DNA of 48,901 bases from Vitrella brassicaformis CCMP3155 (lineage: Eukaryota > Protista > Chromerida), in contig CDMY01000572.1 in assembly GCA_001179505.1 (NCBI GenBank), positions 1-48,901 on the forward strand, in the 5' to 3' direction. The notes below the pieces were generated by a model that saw only the letters and a program-made list of their open reading frames with translations, did not search any database and had not been told where the DNA came from. The translations under genes and the position numbers were made by a program. Positions 1-10,799 of the stretch are shown piece by piece; position 1 is the stretch's first letter, and each line of letters begins with the position of its first letter.

Positions 1-369
1 CGAGTGCTGCGTTGCGCAGCGATGGCGGCACATCGCCATTATCAATGGTGCCTATCCGGGCTCGCCGTCTGCTCGTAGCAGAGTTGTGAAGCCGAGAGAA
101 AACATCGTGCTTCGCGGCTTCGCGCTTCTGCGGTTGGGTGTCTTCTCTTCTACGGCACAGCACGGAAGAAGAAGCAGCATGGGGCGTTGATTTCACACAA
201 CAGGGAGCTACTTGTTTCCTTACCAACAGGGGAATGAGGGCGTCGAAGAAACCAGAGCATGTTGTGGGGCGCTGTGGTCGGCCTTGGCATCGTCTTTGGA
301 CCTGGAGGGATTACGTGGAGCTTCGCCACAGGACCATCACGTCCATCCTTAGCGTGAGCTTCTGAGCTC

Positions 370-1003
370 TGTCGAGCAAGACGTCGATTCGATGCTGTCA
401 AGGGGGCTTGGCATGACGTGACACGGCGAGCAACTGCGGAAAAGATCCACGAAAATATAAAATGTAGGTAGCGATGATCGACCTGCACACACACCAGAGA
501 GACACATCACGACACATCAGTGATAATTACGAGGGAGTTTGAGACGACACACATGTCTGTCTGTCTGTCTGGTTGGTTGGTTGGTTGGTTGGTTGGTTGA
601 CGGATGGGATGGTGAAGGCGTCGTGTTGAGACTCACCACCGCCTTGAAGGACGTCTTCCTAGGTAGCTTGAAGGCCCAACCGTACAGGCTTGCAGGTCAC
701 CCGTCTGACGCCTTCCGTCCCCCCAGAGCACATAACGGCAGACCACAGTCCCACATCGCCAGTGGTGTAGTGGCGGACGGTCTTGGCCATCTCCCCAGGT
801 ATGGACTTCCTGCAGACAGGCAGATAGGCAGTGACCATACCCTCACCTCACCTCATGCTCGCCGCATAGTCGGTCCGTGTCCGTGTTATGTGTACTTTGC
901 CTGCCCCCGCAAACAAGTCTACTACGGTGCCCTTCGGATACAGCCTCCTGCAGCTGGCGGCTTGGTGCGTGGCGATGGCCTCTGGGCCAATGCTGTATCT
1001 GGT
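370..1003 (-). pseudogene. Scattered exon fragments of a TGS1-like methyltransferase paralog
   Basis: Exon ~880-1003 reads RYSIGPEAIATHQAASCRRLYPKGTVVDLFAGAG, matching the TGS1 N-terminal/SAM motif I pattern (F-S-V-T-P-E-x-I-A ... VVDAFCGxG). Exon ~640-700 reads WAFKLPRKTSFKAV followed by a GTGAG donor. 370-490 matches the terminal segment repeated at 45300-45420 and 47650-47760. The central PW-motif exon was not found. Confidence 0.6.
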
Positions 1004-2084
1004 TGACACACACACAACACAACTTGTTACACAAGCACTAGCGAATGAGCGAGCAGATGAACATGCTGTACGTTCCTCCTCCCTCACTCCTCCTCTGTCG
1101 TGCCTCCTTTGTTTGATGAGGGTGGTCTTATCGGTGGGACCGTGCCCCTCTCCCCTCGACGGCGCCGGGGGCAGCTGCACGACAGCAGCCCTCCAGGCCT
1201 CGAAGTGGGGCTGGGGCGAAATGGACGAAGAAATATGCACCGGCACCCATTCACCCAAGTCAGGCAGCGAGCAATTGAAGAAAAGGGCCACGAGAATATA
1301 AAATGTAGGTAGCGATGATCGTCCTGCATACACACGCCAGAGAGACACATCTATGATAATCACACAGTGAGACGGACTTGGCTTCTTTTCATTTTGTCTG
1401 CATTTTGTACCTTCTCTCCAGCCGTCATTCGCGGCATTGCACTCCCAAAGGGCTGCGAGGTCAGGGCAGGCAGCAGTGGACTGACTGGCTCTGGTGTGTA
1501 TGTGTGTGTATTCCGTCCCATTCGAAAAAGACCGACACGCGACAACGGCCATCCACCCGTTCACCCACCCGACGACAAAAGAGAACCACATGATAGGCAA
1601 AACCACTCACTCGCTGACTTCCCCACAGGCGACAAACAAAACGGCCCCAGACAAACCGGCACACTGGCTTCCCCCGACAGCCCAACCAGTGGCAAAAGGA
1701 TGAGGAAAGAAAGCGATCGATCAACGAGTGACGACAAAACGGAACCCGGACACCACACTCCTGCGGCCCCCATCCCTCCTCCCATCCGACCGATCTACCT
1801 CTCCCCTCTGTCTGTCTTGCTCTGGTGGGTGTTGAGAAGAACGGCGCGGTGGGTGTGTTTACTCTACAGAGGCAGTCGTGGGAGTGCTGCCAGTGATCCT
1901 CTCCCCTCTCTTTGTCTCTCTATTTCCCCGCTGTTTCCCTCGACAAGTCTGTCTGTCTGTCTGTCTGCCTCTCCGGTAAGTATCAGTCCACGAGCAATGT
2001 AGTATCGTCTGATATATCTGTGTGTGTGCGTGGGGAGACAGGAAGGTACGTACATCCAGCCAGAGAGCCAGCAGTAACTATCCC

Positions 2085-2896
2085 GCCACCCATACATCCA
2101 TCCATCCATCCATCCATCGAGCCAGCCAGAGAGCCAGCCATGGACCACGTCAAAACACATCCGCCATCAGTGGGTGCACTCACACAGCCAATGAATCGAT
2201 GAATGAATGCAGCAGGGAAAGAACAAGGGCAGGCAGGCTAGCAGGCAGGGCGTCAGCCACCACCTCACACACACCCGCTCGATTGACTACCTGTTGAATC
2301 TCAGCTGCAGTCGCTCAGTTCTGGTGGTGGCGCGGCTGTTGACGATGTGCATGACACGGTCATCCACAGTGGTGTGGGCGGGGGGACACCAGGTGGTCGT
2401 CCGGGAGGGCGGCAGCTTCTTTGCTATACTGCAGACACGACAACACACACACATGGATGGAGACACGTGTGTGGTGTGTGTGCCGTGGGTCGCGTTGCGC
2501 ACACACGTACCGCTCAGCGATGTTGCCGATGTAGGCGGTGATGTATTTCAGCTTGTAGTTAGTCCTGCCCCTCCTGGCGGCAGGCAGGCGGGTGACCATG
2601 GCCTCTATCACCGGGGGCGTGTACGTAATCAGTTCGTGGCCGTTCTCATACAGCTCCCTTGTCGCCTTCCAGGCGCCCAACTCGGCCTGCACACACACGT
2701 CGATGACGACAACACAACGCAAAAGCAGACGACACACATGTCCGTCTGTCTGATTGATGGATGAATGGATGGATGGATGTGACGTGTTAAGACTCACCGC
2801 CGCTTGGAGGGGGGTGTTGCGTAGGAGCTTGAACGCAAACGAGTCGGTGATGGCCTCGCAATCGGCCGACACGTCAAACACCGACTGAGCCACACA

Positions 2897-2928
<32 letters not shown>

Positions 2929-3360
2929 TATGAGTGCTTCCGTGTGTGTGGTGTGTGTCCATCTTCCTTCCTCTCACCCTCGTAGCCCATCTTGGTGATG
3001 TCGAAGGTCCGCTGCCCCTTGACGAATGCCGCCCCGCCCCATGGGAGGTCAGCAAACACCTGCAGTCACACACAAACGAAGCGACACACGAATGCACTCA
3101 TGCACCTTGTGTGTGTGCCTACGTGGGCATGCTGTCTGTGTAGGTACCAGGTCACATCGATGCTTTCGCCGTTTGGTGCGGTCGACGAAGGCATAGAAGC
3201 TCTCCTTGCAGACGCGGGCAGGGGTGACGCCTGACACCCACCCACACACACAGAGAGAAAGAGAAACAGACAGACAGAGAGAGGGAGCAGTGTGGCAGGC
3301 CGCTCATGGGTCCACTCAGCCATGCACAGGCGGAGGCACCAACCGTATAGTTTGAAGTTC
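2085..3360. repeat. Segmental direct repeat matching 43798-45065
   Basis: Exons, introns and 3' flank are near-identical over ~1.27 kb. Confidence 0.9.
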
Positions 3361-3664
3361 TCTTGTGCGTCGGCCGTGTGCGTGGGGTTTATCTCACAGC
3401 ACAGACCTTGAGGCTCTTCAGGCAGAACCGGATCGTGTTGCCGCCTGAATCGAACGCATCAAGCACATAGACAGGCAGACAGACAGACAACAGACGTGTC
3501 ACCAGGACGTGCAGTGCTCGCAACACCACCACAAGGGGCAGGCGAGTGAATGAATGGACGTACCCGCGCCCATGCAGAGGTCCAGCACAATGCCGCCGCT
3601 AACGACATTGTCGGCTATTGTGTCGGCGGTGATGGCGGCGATGTCCTCCTGAGACACGCCTTCC
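2287..3664 (-). pseudogene. TGS1-like RNA cap guanine-N2 methyltransferase, copy A (probably disrupted)
   Basis: Spliced exons give EGVSQEDIAAIT..VLDLCMGAG|GNTIRFC..VFADLPWGG..FDITKMG..DSFAFKLLRNT..NYKLKYITAYIG. A 1-nt deletion near 3397 relative to the intact copy at 29.9 kb gives a premature TAA. The phase-0 donor after GYEGEM seen in copy B is missing. 5' exons run into the gap at 3761. Confidence 0.75.
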
Positions 3665-3760
3665 CTGAGAGCATAGGGCACACACACATGGCACACACTC
3701 ATCCATCCCTCCATGTTTGTGGCGCCAACAACTTCAACTGCACCCCCCCCCCCCCCCCCC

Positions 3761-4060
3761 NNNNNNNNNNNNNNNNNNNNNNNNNNNNNNNNNNNNNNNN
3801 NNNNNNNNNNNNNNNNNNNNNNNNNNNNNNNNNNNNNNNNNNNNNNNNNNNNNNNNNNNNNNNNNNNNNNNNNNNNNNNNNNNNNNNNNNNNNNNNNNNN
3901 NNNNNNNNNNNNNNNNNNNNNNNNNNNNNNNNNNNNNNNNNNNNNNNNNNNNNNNNNNNNNNNNNNNNNNNNNNNNNNNNNNNNNNNNNNNNNNNNNNNN
4001 NNNNNNNNNNNNNNNNNNNNNNNNNNNNNNNNNNNNNNNNNNNNNNNNNNNNNNNNNNNN
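3761..4060. other. Assembly gap of 300 N; others at 11231-11530, 30070-30369, 43498-43797, 45680-45979 and 46756-47055
   Basis: All six gaps are exactly 300 N, which suggests placeholders of unknown true size. Confidence 0.95.
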
Positions 4061-4129
4061 CCCCCACACACACACACAGAGACAGAGAGAGAGACCATAC
4101 AAATCATTCGACACACATACGTGGGCCTC

Positions 4130-4445
4130 CCCGGCTGACCACGTCGGCGATGAGCACATTCTTTGCACTTGACGATGAAGGAGTCTGCCAGCGAGGCTGC
4201 GACCCTGAGGATACAGAAGGCCGACTGCAAGTCATATAAGCGGCAACACACACACACACACACACACACAGAGGGAAACGTACATATGGCACACGTTGTC
4301 CGTGCCTTCACGTACCATGCTCCCGTCGCCCATTTTGTCGAGGGAGTAGGTCTTGCTGTGATACTGTTGGCCCCACGGCATGTCGAAGTGGATGGCGGCG
4401 ATTTTGGTGCCCTCCCTGAAGTAGTCGTCGCAGGCGATCAAGAGC
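4130..4445 (-). pseudogene. Divergent TGS1-like fragment (two exons)
   Basis: AIHFDMPWGQQY..LDKMGDGSM is followed by an exon reading SAFCILRVAASLADSFIVK[frameshift]KNVLIADV. Motifs and intron positions correspond to those of the other copies. Confidence 0.55.
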
Positions 4446-5490
4446 CGCTCGAGCATTCCCACCCCTGCACACACAATGCAGCAATGAATATGTCATGACA
4501 TCCCGTCACCATTCCCGTGGAGGAGGAGAGCTTTGGCGCTTGTCCCTTCTTTCTTGAGAGAGAGTCTGCCGATGGGGGGGAACTTCCGCGCGGACGCGCC
4601 TTGTCGTCTACGGCGGCGCTACAAAAAGAATGTACTCAGCTTTCCTCTTTTCTTCCGCTCACCGGCTTTGCTTTTCTTTTCCTGAACTCACCTTCGTCGA
4701 CTGAGGATCGATTCGCATGGGGGAGACACCTGCACAGCACACACACACACACACCCCAATACAAACCATATCTGCTGTCGTTGAGGACTTCGTCGAGAAA
4801 AGGAGACGACCATTAGGAGAGAGAACACAAGCATGCCAACAGGGCACAGTGAGATGACCACAGCAATGAAACGGACTATACAGTCATACACCGTCATACA
4901 CCATACCGCAACAGCCAACAGAAAAAAAAGGTACTCACCTGTGGGAGGATGCTTTTTTGAAGACAAAAGAAGCGTGCGCGCACTCAGTTGACGCCAGACA
5001 GGCGTCAGGGAATCGCCACCGTTCAGCATAGGGCAGGGCGCCGCCGGCGGACGCCTCCCTTCGAGTCGCTCGTGCCAGCGCTCGTGGCAAGCGGCAGATA
5101 AATCCGCTCGAGTTGGGAGGGGTAGAGGGGGACGGGGCGGACCACACAAGCCAAAAAGCAGATGAAGAGAAAAAGAAGCGGGGCATCTGTGGCCGAAGGA
5201 AGGCTGCAAGGCGATGCGGAGGCAAAAATGTGAAAAGCGGGACGAAATTTTTGTCTCGCATCCAAATTCTCTCCGTCCCGTCTCCAATTCTCGCCGAGGG
5301 AAAATCATTGCCTATGTCAATCTGTTGGCGGAAAATGGAGCAAAACAGCCGCTAAAGGAAACTGAGCTCGCATCCGCAAACGTATTGTGCCGAAGATCCG
5401 GAGAGCAGGAAGAGGCAAGGCAACACACAACTTGAAAGAAAAAGGACGCAAAGATGCCATTGGCCATCTGATCTGTGTTGCTGATTCAGG

Positions 5491-6414
5491 ATGGCGGACT
5501 CGTACTCGGTGACGTGCTCGGCGTTCACAGTTACGGTTTTCTCTTCGTTGGGAGTGCTGATACTCGCCGTCGTTGTGCCGGTTTCATTGCCTGGGTGGCG
5601 AGCCGCTGACCGACATGCGTTTTTTGAGAGTGGTGGCTATGTGGAGGTGCGTCAGGGTTATGGGCTGCAGTTCTACACCCTCACGATGAAGCAGGTGGGC
5701 AGCGGGGCCACCATCCGATGCGAGTCGCACCTTGTCGAATGGGACCTCCCAGGCGATGCGAGCGCACGGCATTCGGGCCGCCAGGAACTCCAGGAGTGCT
5801 CGGGGAAGCACAACGAGAACTGCGAGTGCGTCTCGTCTTACAAGTTCCTGATCAGACAGAGCACGGCAAAGGGCGACGACAAGGCAGCTGCTGTTTGGCG
5901 AGATCTCAGGACGGCGGGTCTCTTTACGTACATCGCCATTGGCGGCGTCTTGTCCCTGCTGACGGTAGCGGGCTGTGGTTTCTGGGCTTCTGCGTCTGAG
6001 CGCCCGGTTTTCCACAAACCACCATTTCCCGACGACGCCATTGGGTCCGGTTTCCACACGGCGGCCTTCTGCTTTTCCATTGTGGCCTTCGCTGTGTGGC
6101 TAACTCTCACCGACTATGACCTGTGCTTCGACGAGGGGAACAGGAGCATGAATGGGGCTTCCTGTCCACTGGGTCTGCCCGCCTACTTCATGATCTGCGC
6201 TTCAGGCCTTTTTCTCGGTGTAGCGGTGGTTTGGCAGTGGTGGTCGGTTGCTGCCTGCCGAAGATTGGCGACTCCCCGTGTGACAGTGTCTGCACCGTCG
6301 GGTCGGCAGTCAGCGACGCTGCCGCTGCCTGTGCAAGTGGTCGGCAAGGCCAGCAATCCCCAGGACGACACGATTACCGTCACGACAAGCGCAACGATTG
6401 CTGGGAGTGTCTGA
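5491..6414 (+). CDS. Intronless 4-TM membrane protein, claudin/PMP22-like topology (paralog 1)
   Basis: 307-aa ORF with four hydrophobic segments, a W..GL motif and a Cys-rich large first loop. Clearly homologous to the ORF at 8.1-9.2 kb (shared STAxGDDKAAAVWR). Confidence 0.8.
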   Translation: MADSYSVTCSAFTVTVFSSLGVLILAVVVPVSLPGWRAADRHAFFESGGYVEVRQGYGLQFYTLTMKQVGSGATIRCESHLVEWDLPGDASARHSGRQELQECSGKHNENCECVSSYKFLIRQSTAKGDDKAAAVWRDLRTAGLFTYIAIGGVLSLLTVAGCGFWASASERPVFHKPPFPDDAIGSGFHTAAFCFSIVAFAVWLTLTDYDLCFDEGNRSMNGASCPLGLPAYFMICASGLFLGVAVVWQWWSVAACRRLATPRVTVSAPSGRQSATLPLPVQVVGKASNPQDDTITVTTSATIAGSV

Positions 6415-6959
6415 CTGACTGACACCCACACACTCACCGATCCAAGAGCCCACTCTCTCACTCACCTAGTAGTGAATGTCGACGACTTGTTCAGGAATGA
6501 TGCATTCTCTTCTGCTTTTCTTCCCCCATGTTGTCTCTGAGGTGAGAGTGGTCAACCGTGTATGTGTACCGTATTTTTCGGCGCAGGTCGTCTGCTGTAG
6601 TGTAGGTGCTTCTGTGTGTTCATCCACCATGCATGGTGATTGATTTTTTGGGTCATTGTTGGCTCTCGTCATTTAGGCATCATGGCTCAGTCCACCCTCC
6701 CTCCATCCCTCAGTGCCTGCCTGCCTGCCTGCCTGCATCTGTGTGTCTTCGTCTGATCAAGTCCTGTGCTCATATGAGTTCGTCTTTGTGTGCGCCCTGC
6801 CAGCACTGTACACTGAGTGTCCAGCCGTAAAACACTCAACGACAAAGCACGTAGGCCAGTGCATTCCGTGTCCGTGTGTATGGTGGGTGGGTGGGTGTTG
6901 GACAAGGACAGCTGGACATATACACCATGCCATACACCAAGAGAAAAATACCGTGAGTG

Positions 6960-7990
6960 AGCGATTGCAATGGAATATGTCAATGGACAGCAGCACTGAA
7001 AAAGACCCACTGGCTTAATTCGTACTACAAAACAGCCATCTCCCACCCATGCGCACGTAAACAACCCACATGCACACTCACCAGACTCTACAGAGACGCC
7101 AGCCAAAATTCGAAAGCCAGTCGTCGTGGTGATCAGAATGGTGCGATGTCAGGCGGTGGCATGGTGGCCCTCACTCGCTCAGTCGCACTGACGCATGCCA
7201 CCCTGACCTTACACCTCTTCCTCACGCCCTGTTGGTGCTCTTGCTGAAGCTGAGGCTGGTCTTGCCGGTGGGTGAGGAAAAAACTCACCGGCACAGCCAC
7301 CGATTCGTCCATCGGCTGCGGCTGCGGGCCGCACTCGAGGCGCAGCAGCGTCATTGGGCCGGGGCGATGGGCGACGGCAAGCGAAACAGTGATGCCTGTC
7401 TTGTCGCCTCTGGGAGAAAAGTCCCTGAGGTGTATGCCACAGACAGACAGACAGACAGACACACAGACAGACAGATGCGTAAGGAGATGCGCGAGAGAAG
7501 AAACGCTTACCTCGGCACACGCACTCGGTTGACCTCCAGGCGGCCCTTGTCAACTGAATGAATGGGAAGACACAAGCAGCCAGCTGTCGGCGGGCTATGC
7601 ATGACGTACAGCTGATGAATTGTGTGATGGGGGCGGTGGTGTTGCTGTCTGCCGTGGCGCTCATGGCGCTGCTGATACACGACACACCGTCCATCATCGG
7701 TCTGCGCCGATTCTTGCCTTCAAACACACAGACAGACACACGGACAGATGGCGAGTGAGTGTTCTCTCCCTCAGTACGATCTGTGGCTGCACGTACGCCT
7801 ACGTACCGTTTGTGTGTCTTGGCCTCCCCCGCGTGTCCTCTCTGCGCCCGCCATTCAACAGGTTGGTGATGGCCTGACGGCCCTCTTGTTCTGACCAGAC
7901 ATCGGGGGCCAACTCTGCTGCTGCAGCTGCCGACAGGTGGACGGCGAGGAAAGAACATGCAACCACAGCAGCGGCAATTGAGGGCATCGC
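6960..7990 (-). CDS. Hypothetical multi-exon protein, possibly secreted
   Basis: Signal-peptide-like start MPSIAAAVVACSFLAVHLSAAAAA. Two phase-compatible exons read DKGRLEVNRVRVPR|DFSPRGDKTGITVSLAVAHRP..VAVP|GTGAG. The full model is not resolved. Confidence 0.35.
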
Positions 7991-8316
7991 CGTGACCACG
8001 CAGATCGAGGTGCCTCCAGCTCCCAACCGCCATCCCAACCGCACAAGGCAACCGCAGCTGCGTCCGCTAGTCAAGACAATGCAATGAATCTTCCTCTACA
8101 GAGAGTCGATGATTTCGGCCACTGGAGGTCTCGTTGATGCATTGGTCGGTGCATCCTTTGCGGGGTGCGCAAACGGTCAATGCTGTGTCAATGCGAGCTT
8201 GGAGGAAAGACAGCAGCATACGCCGCCAAATGGCCAAAACTCGTTTCGAACACTGGCGACAAAACGATAAGACAGATCAAAGGCAAAGGCGAGGAGGAGG
8301 GCAGCAACCACTTCCA

Positions 8317-9243
8317 ATGAGCCCTTCACGCCCTACCATATTGCGCCCTACTGTCGACTGCACGCCGCTGTGCGCTTATCTCAGCAAACGGCCGACGGCG
8401 TGTGGTGCTGCCTTGTTTGTCCTGTTGGCGATTGTGGTGCCGCTCTCATTGCCTGGCTGGCGAGCATCCGACCAGCGAGTCTTCCTGGAAGATGGACACG
8501 CGGAGGTGTCGCAGCACCTCGGGCTGTTCGGCTATCGGCTATCGCTGGACATTGTCGGCGAAGGCAGTACTATCCTGTGCAGACCGCATGTTATCGAAGA
8601 GTCGCCTGTGTGGGAGGCGCCGCAGGAGCTCCAGCAGTGCTTCGGAAACAACACAACCTGTGGGTGCTGGGCGTCCTACAGCTTCCTCGTCGACCAGAGC
8701 ACGGCGGAGGGCGACGACAAGGCAGCTGCTGTGTGGCGAGGCTATAAGAGGGCGGGCACCTTTGTCTACATCTCCATGGGCCTCGTCCTACCGCTGCTGA
8801 TGATCGTGGGTGGCATCTGCTGGAGTCGACGTCTTGACGACCAGGGGTTGTCAACCTTCCCCTGGGACGCCATCGGCGCGAGCCTCTTCACGGCCGCTTT
8901 CTGCCTGCCCATTGTTACCTTCAGTGCGTGGCTGGGCCTCACCAACTATAGGATGTGCTTCGATGAAGCGAGCAGCAGCCTGGAGGGAGGCCACTGCCCC
9001 GCGGCTCTGCCCCCCTACTGGATGCTCGGCTGGTCGTGTCTTTTCCTGGGTGTGCTGGTGACCCGGCTGTGGTGGTGTGTGGCTGTTGAGTGGAGGAAGG
9101 CACATCCACGTGTGTCTGTCCAGGTGCCAACGGCCCCCTCTGTGGGCAGGCACGTGTGGATGGCTGGGCGTGTGATAGGCAAGGCGCGCAACGCCCAAGA
9201 CTCCGACAGCATGACCGTCACGACCGCTGCGTCGAGTGTGTGA
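8317..9243 (+). CDS. Intronless 4-TM membrane protein, claudin/PMP22-like topology (paralog 2)
   Basis: The ORF opens at 8134, but homology to paralog 1 begins near the Met at 8317. It has four TM segments and conserved Cys, PGWRA and STAEGDDKAAAVWR. Confidence 0.8.
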   Translation: MSPSRPTILRPTVDCTPLCAYLSKRPTACGAALFVLLAIVVPLSLPGWRASDQRVFLEDGHAEVSQHLGLFGYRLSLDIVGEGSTILCRPHVIEESPVWEAPQELQQCFGNNTTCGCWASYSFLVDQSTAEGDDKAAAVWRGYKRAGTFVYISMGLVLPLLMIVGGICWSRRLDDQGLSTFPWDAIGASLFTAAFCLPIVTFSAWLGLTNYRMCFDEASSSLEGGHCPAALPPYWMLGWSCLFLGVLVTRLWWCVAVEWRKAHPRVSVQVPTAPSVGRHVWMAGRVIGKARNAQDSDSMTVTTAASSV

Positions 9244-10799
9244 GTGACGGCCCAAGTGCGTGCGTGTGCTTCATGGACGAGTAGTCAGCCGGGACCCCTT
9301 AAGCTGACCAACCGAGTCAGTCGGTGGGCACTCTGTGTGCGTGTGCGTGCTGCCCCCTGCGTGCTGCCAGCTGGTGCGGATGTGGGTGTGTGTGTGAGAG
9401 GAGAAAAAAAATGCGCGCGCGTGTGAGCGTGCGTGTTGTCGGTACTTGTGTGTGGGTCTCCATTCCTTTGCCGTGTATGGCACGCCTTGTGTGTGGGTGT
9501 GGGTGTGGGTGCGTGTGGGTGCGTGCGTGGTAGTGTGGTACATAGTCGGGCCACTTTGTTGAAGTCCTGTTGTGTAGCGTCTTATCTTGTGGTGTTGTGT
9601 CTTAGTTGTTGTGTGACCTTGTCGCCCAGACGCCCAGACATGTACAGTGCCGTGATATCGATGTGATACCTTGGGCGTGTTTGAGACGTCAGTTGTGTTT
9701 CCATGATTGAATGCATCCATCGTGCGCACATGGGTTTGAATCATGTCGCTACCGCACCATTAACATTCAGAGTCGTTTCCATTACCATCTGTCCGTCTGC
9801 CCGCCAGTCGCCAACACGCTACGCTGCACTCCTCCATCCATCCATCAGCGAGTCTGGTTCATTGCTTGTCAACATGTCAATCCATTTGCGCATCGATTTC
9901 ACCAAACTGACTCACCAAACTGACACGAACGCCACCAAACTCATCGAGCGCCCCATAAAGGAAACTACACACAAAGAAAAGGGATGCACACGGCAGGTGG
10001 GGAACATTTGTGGCTACAGTGGCAGACAAACGGACAATCAGACAGGCGATGAGAGGAGAAAGGGGACATACACACGCGCATATGATGGATGGAGTGTCTC
10101 ATGCCGACTCAGATGCTGTCACTTGTGAGTGTGTGAGAGGGTCAGTGTCAGCATTGTCAGCTCGTGTGTTATTCCTCCAAAAGGGCGGAATGCCACACAG
10201 ACAGCGAACACACAGACAACAACCAGTTCCCACCCGTTGAAAGCCCCTCGCCATTCCCACATGCAACATGCATGAGAAAAAGTCGCCCTTCACCCCACAC
10301 AGACGGATGCAGCCTTGGTGGCTGTGGCTGTCCAAGAAAGTCAGGCAGTCACGCTCTTGAACAAAGAATCCGGTGCAGCACACGAATGCAGTCACGTAGT
10401 GGGCAGGCACTCGTTTACACACACCACACACACACACAGGGGCTACTACACTACTACCTGGGCAGGGCGACAGCTTCGCTGCCGCGCCTTGCACCAAAAA
10501 AGTCAGTCTCACGCACGCAGCCTTGGCGGCTGCCCAAGAGATTCAAACACTTGTCACTTAGTGCACACGTGCCGGGCACCACGCAAGCGGGTTCACGGCA
10601 CGTACCACACGCGCACCAGCCAGACAGAGAACATTGCACGCTTCTCTGTCACAAGCATTCAGCCTATGGTTTTGTCAGCTCACAGACACACTGCCTTGAT
10701 AAAAGAAGTTAATGCCCACACGGAGGCAACGCCATCGACGCACACACCAGCTCCTTCCCCCATACACCCACAGAGCCACAACACGCACACCGCTCAGTG

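Noticed and set aside
3499-4311. Long ORFs spanning poly-X
   Set aside because: They are artefacts of the 300-N gaps; the same applies at 11.2, 30.1, 43.5, 45.7 and 46.8 kb.
9250-10790. Immunity gene downstream of the nuclease
   Set aside because: No convincing coding exons were found; the region is dominated by simple repeats.
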